Below, piece after piece: positions 46,701 through 55,298 of a stretch of DNA of 64,000 nt. Location of the stretch: the NCBI GenBank assembly GCA_044369655.1, contig JBILWX010000005.1, positions 2,476 to 66,475 of the forward strand, written 5' to 3'. Under the pieces are notes generated by a model. The model did not search any database and was not told where the DNA came from. It was given only the letters and a program-made list of their open reading frames with translations. Origin of the DNA: Pirellulales bacterium. Lineage in GTDB: Bacteria > Planctomycetota > Planctomycetia > Pirellulales > UBA1268. How positions within the stretch are numbered: the stretch's first letter is position 1; every line of letters starts with the position of its first letter. The position numbers and the translations under genes are program-made.

Positions 46701-47654
46701 ATGATCCTGGAAATCCAACACGAAACGGCGATGGAGTATTCGCACCCGGTGAGCGAATGGCTCTGCGAACTGCGGATGGAACCGGTGAGCGACGGCTCGC
46801 AGCGGTGTCACTCGTTCCAAATCAGCATCGGCCAGCCGGTGAACCTCTGCAACTATCTCGACGGCTTCGGGAACCGCGTGCACCACTTCAATCTGCTCAA
46901 GCCCCCGACGACCCTGCGCATCCTCGTCGCCAGCGTCGTCGAAACCGAGGACACGGGCATCGGCCCCATGGCCAGCCAGGTGACGTTCCCGCCCGAAGCG
47001 ACCGCTCACGGCTGGCAACTGCCGCTCGAGACGTTCGATTACCTCCCTCTCCGCGGACCGGTCCAGGCCACGCCGCTCCTGGAGCCGCTCCTGACGGAAC
47101 TGCGGCCGATGCCGAGGATGCGTGTAGGCATGTGGGTCTGCCAGGTCGCCGAGTATATCCGGGGCCGTTTCGCCTACGCCCGCGATGTCACCGATGCCAC
47201 CTCGCCGATCGACCACTTGCTCACCCGCGGCAAGGGAGTCTGCCAGGACTTCACGCACCTGATGATCGCGGTCCTGCGGTCATACGGGGTGCCGACCCGC
47301 TACGTCAGCGGTTACATCCACCGTGAGAACAAGGAGTCCCAGAGCCACGCCTGGTGCGAGGTGTGGCTCCCCGATATCGGCTGGACCGGGTTCGACCCCA
47401 CGAACGGCTGCCCCGTGAACGGGCATTTCGTGAAGACGGCGGTCGGGCGGGATTTCTCGGATGTCCCGCCCAACAAGGGCACCTACCGCGGCACCGGCGA
47501 CGAGCGGATCAAAGTCCGCGTCGCCACACGCACGCTCGATCGCCTGCCGTCCCTGTCGTGGCATGACCAGTTGGCCCCGCTCGACGTGCCCGTGCACGCC
47601 GTGTTGCGGACGGCGCCGATCTACGCCGACGAGGATGATCTCCAACAGCAGTGA
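46701..47654 (+). CDS. Transglutaminase family protein with bacterial N-terminal domain
   Basis: DGFGNRVH; Cys-His-Asp triad GVCQDFTH / SHAWCE / GFDPTN; GRDFSDVPP. Confidence 0.93.
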   Translation: MILEIQHETAMEYSHPVSEWLCELRMEPVSDGSQRCHSFQISIGQPVNLCNYLDGFGNRVHHFNLLKPPTTLRILVASVVETEDTGIGPMASQVTFPPEATAHGWQLPLETFDYLPLRGPVQATPLLEPLLTELRPMPRMRVGMWVCQVAEYIRGRFAYARDVTDATSPIDHLLTRGKGVCQDFTHLMIAVLRSYGVPTRYVSGYIHRENKESQSHAWCEVWLPDIGWTGFDPTNGCPVNGHFVKTAVGRDFSDVPPNKGTYRGTGDERIKVRVATRTLDRLPSLSWHDQLAPLDVPVHAVLRTAPIYADEDDLQQQ

Positions 47655-47689
47655 GGCACTGGTGCGGCGGCATCTGCGGCCGGAAGCGG

Positions 47690-48682
47690 TCACGCTCCTG
47701 CCAGACGAACCAGCCGTTCGGCGATGTCGGCCCGCGTGGCGGCGATGATGGGCATCGGCCGTCGGATGTCATACGGGCGTCCGTCGATCCCCCAGTAGAC
47801 CCCCCCTCGCTCCTCGACCCAGAGTTTGACGGGCAGCACGTCCCAGGCCATCTGCTTGGGAAACTCCGCCGAGTTGTCGTGGATCACCGCCAGCCGTCGC
47901 TTGGTCCCCAGCGCCAAGCTGGCCATGGAGTGGGGAATCCGGCTTTCGATCGCCATCGCATGGGCTCCGGTCCGCAGCGCATCATGCAGCTTCACGAACG
48001 CGGGATGCGATCGGCCGCTGTCGCTCTGAGGGTTGAAGAGCAGGCAGCCGTCCATCAGTATGCCGATCGACGCGAAGTCGTCGGCCGGCAGCCAGCGGCC
48101 CCCGTCATCCGTCATCCGCAGCACCGCCGCTCCGAGACCACGCTCGGCGACGCCGAGCGTGGTCCCGTCGAGCGACAGCATCACCGACAGCCGTGGTTCT
48201 CCATGCTCGAGGCGGGCGACCATCGGACCACAGATGCCCATTTCACCGCAGATGGAGGCGGTCGTGCCATCGAGCGGATCGATGAGCCACGCCTCGGGCA
48301 GGGCATGCAGGTCCGCCGTGGCCGGTCCCTCCTCGGAGACGATCGGAAGATCACGGATCGCCACGAGCGCCTGGGTGAGATGGCGATCGAGGCCGAGGTC
48401 GAGCGCCGTCACGTAATCACCGACCGATTTTTGCTTGATGGGCATGCCGTTCTTCGCCACGGGAAGCCCGCCCGCAGCGTGATTGCCGTCCTCCATGTCG
48501 CTTTCTCGCAGCGCCCGGTCGGCCGCTTCGATGACGGCGACGGCGACTTCAAGCGTTGCCGCCGACACCAGTCGCTCCGAGTGGTCAGCGCGTTCGAGGC
48601 TGCGGAGCAGGTCGGAGCGGAACCGCAATCCAGGTTGCATGTCAGAACGTCCCAGGGCAGATGTTTCGAGGCCTCCCGGCAT
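47690..48682 (-). CDS. Inositol monophosphatase (FIG) family protein
   Basis: DYVTALD, SEE, WLIDPLDGT, WD....L.VEERGG; start uncertain (48640 or 48682). Confidence 0.8.
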   Translation of the reverse strand: MPGGLETSALGRSDMQPGLRFRSDLLRSLERADHSERLVSAATLEVAVAVIEAADRALRESDMEDGNHAAGGLPVAKNGMPIKQKSVGDYVTALDLGLDRHLTQALVAIRDLPIVSEEGPATADLHALPEAWLIDPLDGTTASICGEMGICGPMVARLEHGEPRLSVMLSLDGTTLGVAERGLGAAVLRMTDDGGRWLPADDFASIGILMDGCLLFNPQSDSGRSHPAFVKLHDALRTGAHAMAIESRIPHSMASLALGTKRRLAVIHDNSAEFPKQMAWDVLPVKLWVEERGGVYWGIDGRPYDIRRPMPIIAATRADIAERLVRLAGA

Positions 48683-48761
48683 GGCGGCAGCTCGCCAGAA
48701 TGTAGCCTCTGCGGCCGATTCCGTGGGCCCGATCCCGACCGTTGTCCACGATGCCGTGAGG

Positions 48762-51700
48762 CTACGGCTGCGCGGCGCGGGCCCGCTTGAACGGATCGAC
48801 CGTGCCGCCACCTGGGCCGGGGGGCGGCGCGTTGGACGACTGGCCGAACGGCAGCAGCTTTGGCCAACCGAGGTTCATGCCGGGCCAGGGCGGCGCAGTG
48901 GTCGCTGGCGCAGCCACCGCGTCGCCTGTCGGCGGGGCTGCCGGCGGGGCTGCCGGCGGCAGTGGTACGGCGGTGACTGCCGGACCGGCCCCTCCCTCGG
49001 ATCGGAGCGGAGGCGTTGCCCCGGGGCCGGCGAGCAGGTCGCTGGGCTGGGGGAATGCCACGGCGGCGGATCCGCCCGACGCCGCCGGCGGGCTGGTGGA
49101 GACGACGGCGGCGGGGATTCCGCCGGCGCCACGCTCGAGGACACGAATCGACACGTCGTCGATGCGTGCTTCCCCCATTCCCGTGAGCGCGAAAGTGACG
49201 GTGAGCGGCTCCTCCGAGCCGTCGGCGGGCACGATGCGGTAGAGCACCAGCCGCCTCCATGCCGGCGTCATGCCCACGCGTTCGGCGAGGGCCGGCCCAC
49301 CGAGCGAGTCGAAGACGAGCAGCCCGTCCACGCTCCCCTTGATCGGTCGCGGCACCCAGACCCGGGCCTGGATTTCCAGCAGCCGGCCGGCCGGTGCACG
49401 AACCGCCGGCGTGGTGACCCAGACAGGTGGTGTCTCCACGACCACAGGCGCATCAGCAGCCGACGTCGGCTCGACTTTCATCACCAGGCTGCCGGCGCCC
49501 ACGGCGGGCTGCGCGCGGTCGATCTCCACCGCCGTGCGGAGAGACTGCTGCTCGAGGGCAAAATGCCGCCAGCCCGCACCGGCCAGATCCTCGATGCGTT
49601 CCATGCCGCCGCCGGCCAGCAGCTCGGTCGTCGGCGAGGTGGCCGACAGTGCGTCGATGAATCGCCAGTGCTCCGCGAGCGTGGCATCGGAGGTGGAGAG
49701 CGGACTGGCCACCATCGAACCGGTGGCCAGCACGCCACGTTCCCATGTGAGCCTCTCCACCTGTCCGGCGATGGCAGCCGCTCGGCGCAGACGCTCGATC
49801 GCCAGTGCTGGATCAGCCGCCGCCGCTTCGGCAAGCCGCACGTCCTGCTGGGCCTCGGCGAGCATCGCCGCCACCGGCAGGTTGCCCAAGGCCGCGGGCG
49901 GGAGCCGCCCCAGCAGGCTCAGGTCATCGGCCAGCACGCCGTCCGCGAGCACCCGCGCCGAAGCCAGTTCGAGCGGCACGAGCCCCCGGACACGTTCCTG
50001 CACGTGCGACGTCACGGCTGGATCGCCGCTGAGCAGCACCAGCGAATGGGCCCGAAAGGAGTCGAGCGTCAGGGAAATTCCCCCGGTCACCCGCTTGTGC
50101 CGCAGCGGCCGCAGACCGCCGGGAGAAACCTCCCAGGCCTGATGCGCTTCGGGGACGCCGGGAACCAGCAGCGTGAGCGGCTGGGTGTCGCGGGGAATGT
50201 CGCCGTGATAGTGACGGGCCACGATCTGCGATCCCTGCACACAGCGCCAGACGACGACCATCCGTGCCCGGGCCGCCTCCAGCACCACTGCCTGCACCTC
50301 CGGGTCGCTCGATTGTGCCGCTGCCGCGAAGCGGCCTGCGGCACCCCATGGCTCGAGCAGTTTCAGTTGCAGGTTCATGGCCAGCGCGGCGGCCGCACGA
50401 GCCCGCGACTCGTGATCTTCTCCATCGATGCGACGGCGCGACGAAAAGAGGATGCCGCGAGTGCCAGCCGACACCGCCGCCAACGATGCCAGACAGAGGC
50501 TCTCCGGATCGACCGCCAGCCCCTGACCGCCGACGCCCGACAAGGCCGCGGCCTGCCGCGACGTGCGCTCATCGATCTCCGTGGCCAGCGCAGCCAGAAT
50601 CGGGGTCCCTGGCCGGGTGAGGCGCGGACGCTCCCGCAGCCAGGAAAGGTAATCGAGGAGTTCGAGACTGGTGCCGAGCACCGTGCGACGGGCCACGAGC
50701 ATGTCCACGTGGCGGGAGACGGATCGGAGTCCTGAATCGGCCGCTGCGATCGTGGGCCTGTTGCCACGGGAGTCGCACGTCCGCACCCGCCGCACCCGCT
50801 CGGCAAGGTTCTCCACGTCGTTCTCGGCCAGTCCGTTGCCCATGTCCCAGAACAGCACCCTGTCCCAGCGGGACGAGAAACTCGGGAGCGAATCCACATC
50901 GCGGATGTCGATGTCGGGCAGTTGGGGAGGCGGCGCAATCAGCCAGACATCCGCCCGCTGGGCCTCGGCAAGCAGATCGGCGGTCGGGGGCGAGGCCAGC
51001 CGAACGCAGTTGAAGCCGAGCCTCGCTAGGGTTTCGAGGGATTCGCCGTTGTGATCGAGGCTCCGTGGAAAGAAGGGCAACCCACCCACCTCCAGCACGC
51101 CCCGCGTCAGTGCCGCGTTGGGAGCCGCCGCCGTCGCAGCGCCAACAGGCTCGGTGAATGCCGCCTGCCGCACGGTGGACCGGCCAGCGGTTTCTCCGCC
51201 AGCGGTCGCCTGACCGCTCGGGGCGGCGGCAGCGATCGCGCCCTGCACATGCAGGTCGTCGATGGCCACGTCGTAGTGACCGGGCGCGGAATAGAGTTCG
51301 AGCACGACATGGGTGGCCCGCGCCCCCGCAAGACTGCCGCCTCGGCCGTGCTCGGCACGAAGCGCGGAAAGCTGTCGTTCCAATCCGACAACCAGATCGT
51401 TCGCCTCCAACAACTCCCAGCGGTCGGGGTGTCGGGACACGGCGCCCTGAACCATGACGTCGATGGGGCGACCGGTCTGCGCGGACACGAAGTTTGGCAG
51501 GAGGACGCGCACGCCGAGCCGGATGGCCGGACGATTGGCACGCACCCAGACGGAAACCCGGAATTCGTCGATCACGCTCACACTGCCGATCGGGAACTCG
51601 AGCCGCAGCGTCGTGCCAGCGGCCGCATCCACAATGATTCGCTCACCGGCTTCACCCCGGTGGGCCGCATCGCGTGCGATGCCGTGGCCGGACACACGAG

Positions 51701-51866
51701 GGCTGCAGTCTGCATCGGCCAGAAACCACCTCGCCCGCCCCTGCTCAAACCCCTCTTCCACGTCGGCGGCCTGAGATCCGGCGGCGTGCAGGAGGACGAA
51801 GCAGCACCAAACCGCCGGCAGCAGTCGACGAACAGGCGGCAGTGGCAGCGTGGGCGGACCGGGCAT
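48762..51866 (-). CDS. Large secreted hypothetical protein (possible CBM-like + GH-like barrel + CBM-like)
   Basis: Signal peptide; GGLPFFPR...LARLGFNCVRL; C-terminal LAGGGME..W..GAGSL..ARIDDVSI. Confidence 0.65.
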   Translation of the reverse strand: MPGPPTLPLPPVRRLLPAVWCCFVLLHAAGSQAADVEEGFEQGRARWFLADADCSPRVSGHGIARDAAHRGEAGERIIVDAAAGTTLRLEFPIGSVSVIDEFRVSVWVRANRPAIRLGVRVLLPNFVSAQTGRPIDVMVQGAVSRHPDRWELLEANDLVVGLERQLSALRAEHGRGGSLAGARATHVVLELYSAPGHYDVAIDDLHVQGAIAAAAPSGQATAGGETAGRSTVRQAAFTEPVGAATAAAPNAALTRGVLEVGGLPFFPRSLDHNGESLETLARLGFNCVRLASPPTADLLAEAQRADVWLIAPPPQLPDIDIRDVDSLPSFSSRWDRVLFWDMGNGLAENDVENLAERVRRVRTCDSRGNRPTIAAADSGLRSVSRHVDMLVARRTVLGTSLELLDYLSWLRERPRLTRPGTPILAALATEIDERTSRQAAALSGVGGQGLAVDPESLCLASLAAVSAGTRGILFSSRRRIDGEDHESRARAAAALAMNLQLKLLEPWGAAGRFAAAAQSSDPEVQAVVLEAARARMVVVWRCVQGSQIVARHYHGDIPRDTQPLTLLVPGVPEAHQAWEVSPGGLRPLRHKRVTGGISLTLDSFRAHSLVLLSGDPAVTSHVQERVRGLVPLELASARVLADGVLADDLSLLGRLPPAALGNLPVAAMLAEAQQDVRLAEAAAADPALAIERLRRAAAIAGQVERLTWERGVLATGSMVASPLSTSDATLAEHWRFIDALSATSPTTELLAGGGMERIEDLAGAGWRHFALEQQSLRTAVEIDRAQPAVGAGSLVMKVEPTSAADAPVVVETPPVWVTTPAVRAPAGRLLEIQARVWVPRPIKGSVDGLLVFDSLGGPALAERVGMTPAWRRLVLYRIVPADGSEEPLTVTFALTGMGEARIDDVSIRVLERGAGGIPAAVVSTSPPAASGGSAAVAFPQPSDLLAGPGATPPLRSEGGAGPAVTAVPLPPAAPPAAPPTGDAVAAPATTAPPWPGMNLGWPKLLPFGQSSNAPPPGPGGGTVDPFKRARAAQP

Positions 51867-52221
51867 GAAGTCTCCACGGTGGCCGTGGCGGGGAGCAGCG
51901 GCGGCGGTGCGGAAGGCGGGTGTGTACCACCCGGTGCGTGGCAGGCTCCAGAGCGATCGCCCCTGCCCGTGTCCCCGTCGAAGCCCCGGATTGTCGGCCG
52001 CAAGGCGGCTGCTCGTGCCGGTTTTTCGGAGTCTGCCGGCGAATCGGCCCCCTCGCCAAAAACGGCCCCTGTTCCGCGGAATTTACCAGCCTGGATTCGC
52101 GACACGCCCATGAACATTCGGTTAGGATAGCCGTGTCCGCCGCGGTTCCTGCCGGCTTCACGCAGCGTGACCGCTTCTCGGAGGCGCTGTGGTCCCGCAC
52201 GACAGAGTCCCCGATCGCCCG

Positions 52222-52257
52222 CCTGCCCCACCTGCCCCACCTGCCCCGCCTGCCCCT
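52222..52257. repeat. 9-bp tandem repeat (CCTGCCCCN)x4
   Basis: CCTGCCCCA CCTGCCCCA CCTGCCCCG CCTGCCCCT. Confidence 0.85.
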
Positions 52258-52291
52258 CCCCGCCTTTGCCCTGCCAGGTCTGCCGCTCATC

Positions 52292-53803
52292 ATGACGCCG
52301 TCGACGGCTGACGAAGTCGCGAATCTCTTGGAGCAGCTCGATCTCGTGCCGGGGGCTCGCCTCGACGCCGTCTGGAGCGAATTGGGCGGCCATAACGTCC
52401 CGGTGGCCGATTTCGGGGCCGCGCTCGTCCGCCATGAGCTGCTGACGCGGTATCAACTCGATCGGCTGCTCCGGGGAGAGGACACGGGCTTTTACTACGG
52501 CAGGGCCAGGATTCTCTACCAGGTCGGAGCCGGCTCCTTTTCCCGGGTGTATCGGGCCATCCACGCCGACACTGGGCAAATCCTTGCCGTGAAGGTGCTC
52601 CGCAGCCGCTACAGCTCCGATGCGGAGAAGTGCAAGTCGTTTCAGCGTGAAGGGGAGATGGGCCGGCTCCTCCGGCACCCCAACATCGTCGCCATCGAGG
52701 ACGTGGGCCGGGAAAACAGCACCAGCTACATCACGATGGAGTTCGTCGAGGGCCAGACGCTGCGGGAATTAGTGCGTGTTCGCGGAGCCATCGACCTGCC
52801 GCGGGCGCTCGGCCTGATCCTCCAGATGGCGGAGGCGTTGGAATACGCCCATCGCCTCGGCGTGACCCACCGCGATATCAAAGCCTCCAACGTGCTCATC
52901 TCCTTTACCGGGAATGCGAAACTCGTCGACTTCGGTCTCGCAGCCGGCGATTCGACCGCCAGCAAGGCACTCCGCCGCACCGATCAGCCCCGAACGGTCG
53001 ACTATGCGACGTTGGAGACTCTCGGCAAGGTCAAGGATGACAGTGTCCGCAGCGACATCTACTTTCTCGGCACCGTCGCCTATCTGTCGCTCTGCGGAGC
53101 GTCGGCGTTGACCGAGTCGCGAGATCGGGCCGTCCGCACCGACCCGCGCCGGTTCACCGGCGTGGAACCGCTCGGCTGGAGAGCGCCCGAACTGCCGCAC
53201 GACGTCGTGGAAGTGGTCACTCGCATGATGCATCTCGACCCGAAAGAACGCTGGCAGACGGCGATGGAAGTGCGGCGGGCGTTGGAGCCGTTGGTCGCCA
53301 GGCATGTGACGGCCGCACCGTCGACTGCCTCGGGTGCCCCACGGGCCGCCGCCAAGCCGGGGGCTTCCCGGAAGAAGCCCGCCGCCGTCACAGCCTCGGC
53401 AACTCCGGCCGGCGTGAAGGGAACACTCATGCTGGCCGAGGCCTCGCCACAGGAGCAGACGGAACGCCGAGAGTTCTTCAAGAACCTCGGGTACAAGGTG
53501 CTGCTCACGGAGAATCTGCAGCGCGCTCTGGTGCGGTGTTCCGAGACGCCACGGGCCGCCGATTGCCTCGTGATCAGCGGGACATCCTTCGGGGAGTCGG
53601 CCGTGGAGGCATTCAACACGCTGGCCGAGGATCCGTTCCTGAGAAACGTCCCTGCCATTCTACTCGTCGATCCAGCGCAGCCGGAACTGACGGGACTGGT
53701 CAGGGAGGACGAGCGTCGCAGGGTGGTCACGGTTCCGCTGCAACAAGCCGAAGCGACTACGGTTCTCGACGCCCTCATCGGCATGTCAGCGACGGGCACT
53801 TAG
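52292..53803 (+). CDS. Ser/Thr protein kinase with a C-terminal receiver-like domain
   Basis: GAGSFSRVY, AVKVL, HPNIV, HRDIKASN, DFG; C-terminal alpha/beta REC-like pattern. Confidence 0.88.
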   Translation: MTPSTADEVANLLEQLDLVPGARLDAVWSELGGHNVPVADFGAALVRHELLTRYQLDRLLRGEDTGFYYGRARILYQVGAGSFSRVYRAIHADTGQILAVKVLRSRYSSDAEKCKSFQREGEMGRLLRHPNIVAIEDVGRENSTSYITMEFVEGQTLRELVRVRGAIDLPRALGLILQMAEALEYAHRLGVTHRDIKASNVLISFTGNAKLVDFGLAAGDSTASKALRRTDQPRTVDYATLETLGKVKDDSVRSDIYFLGTVAYLSLCGASALTESRDRAVRTDPRRFTGVEPLGWRAPELPHDVVEVVTRMMHLDPKERWQTAMEVRRALEPLVARHVTAAPSTASGAPRAAAKPGASRKKPAAVTASATPAGVKGTLMLAEASPQEQTERREFFKNLGYKVLLTENLQRALVRCSETPRAADCLVISGTSFGESAVEAFNTLAEDPFLRNVPAILLVDPAQPELTGLVREDERRRVVTVPLQQAEATTVLDALIGMSATGT

Positions 53804-54237
53804 ATGTAATACATCGGTTCATTGATCGCGCGGGAACGGTCCACGAGGTCGGCGAACGTGATGCTCCGCAGGGTCTCCGTCTCCGCCCGGGCCACCTGTC
53901 GCCAGGCCTCGAGCAGCACCGTCACCGTCCGCGATCGCCCGGCGAGGTCAGCCGTCACGGCCGTCACGAGTTCATCGGGCCCCTCGATCACGCGAAACAC
54001 GTCTTCCAGCGTGATTTCCTCCGGCGGCCTGGCCAACTGGTAGCCACCGGCGGCACCGCGTGTGCTGATGACGATTCCCGATCCCTTCAGTTGCAACAGA
54101 ATCTGCACGAGGAAGCGGGAGGGCACCCCGTGGGCTTCGCAGATCGAGCGAATCCGCACCGGTTCGCCGGCGGTCCACTGGCGTGCAAGTTCGAGCACGG
54201 CGATCGCGGCATATTCGGTCTTCGCGGAGAGTCTCAT
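53800..54237 (-). CDS. Rrf2 family regulator, CymR-like
   Basis: MRLSAKTEYA, STRGAAGGYQLARPPEEI; no three-Cys Fe-S motif; ends MYYI. Confidence 0.9.
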   Translation of the reverse strand: MRLSAKTEYAAIAVLELARQWTAGEPVRIRSICEAHGVPSRFLVQILLQLKGSGIVISTRGAAGGYQLARPPEEITLEDVFRVIEGPDELVTAVTADLAGRSRTVTVLLEAWRQVARAETETLRSITFADLVDRSRAINEPMYYI

Positions 54238-54255
54238 CCCGGCTCCGGAGCAAGG

Positions 54256-54972
54256 TCAGTGATCGCGGGAGTGAAGACCGCACTCCGTCTTGGCCGTGCC
54301 GCTCCAGCGACCGGCCCGCTCGTCCTCACCGAAGGAAACGGCCCGGGTGCACGGCCAGCAGCCGATGGAGATGTAGCCCTGATCGTGCAGCGGATTGTAG
54401 GGCACGTCCTCACGTACGATCGCGTCCCAGACCCGTGCCTTCGTCCAGTTGGCGAGCGGCGAAATCTTCACCACGCCGAACTTGTGGTCCCAGCCAACGG
54501 TCGGCGCACCAGCGCGATCGGAACTCTGGTCCCGGCGGATGCCGCTCATCCAGGCATCGTACCCCGCAAGGACGCGACGGATGACGGCGATCTTGCGGTC
54601 TCCGCAGCAGCGATTGGGGTCGGTTTGATGGAGTGGGCCGCCGTGCAGCCGCTCGTATTCCTCGACCGTCGTCTCCGGGCGCTCGAGCGACACCTCGATC
54701 CCGTACCGCCGGGCGATGCGATCGCGCACTTCGAGCGTCTCCTTGAACTGGTAGCCCGTGTCGAGATTGAAGACAAAGGTGCTCGGGGCGAGGGTTGCCA
54801 GCCAATGGATGATCAGGCATCCCTCGGGACCGAAGGCCGTGGCCATCGTCAGCCGCTGGCCGTAGCGCTGCGCCGCCCACGAAATGATCTCCGGAGGCTC
54901 GAGGCCCTCGAGCGCGCGGTTCGCTCGGGCCAGGTCCTCCAGGAATTCTGGTGAGACGCCGGTGGAGGCCAT
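54256..54972 (-). CDS. cysH: Adenylylsulfate/PAPS reductase
   Basis: LDTGYQF, CC..RK, GIRRDQ, SIGCWPCT, RAGRW, ECGLH; start 54972 or 54993. Confidence 0.94.
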   Translation of the reverse strand: MASTGVSPEFLEDLARANRALEGLEPPEIISWAAQRYGQRLTMATAFGPEGCLIIHWLATLAPSTFVFNLDTGYQFKETLEVRDRIARRYGIEVSLERPETTVEEYERLHGGPLHQTDPNRCCGDRKIAVIRRVLAGYDAWMSGIRRDQSSDRAGAPTVGWDHKFGVVKISPLANWTKARVWDAIVREDVPYNPLHDQGYISIGCWPCTRAVSFGEDERAGRWSGTAKTECGLHSRDH

Positions 54973-55298
54973 TTCAATGACGTTCACGCCCATGGAAGTC
55001 GCCCACTGCACGCCATACCTGACGGGAGCGGGATCCTGCGTTGCCGCAATCCTGCAAATGTTGCCCAAACAGGTTAACAATAGGCTCTTGACCGGGATTT
55101 ATCGACCCTTGGCGAGGAATGCCGTATGAACAGCCCGTACAACCGGAAAGTTTACCGGTTTTTCCTGCGCTGCCGTCTTCGATCGGCGGCATGGTGAGCC
55201 ACCCGGCCCAAGAACGCCGCCCCCTTCGAAATCAGTCCGGAAAACGGAACAATGCCGGGTGTTCAGGGGCGTTTGATATCCGGCAGGAGACTCGAGGC

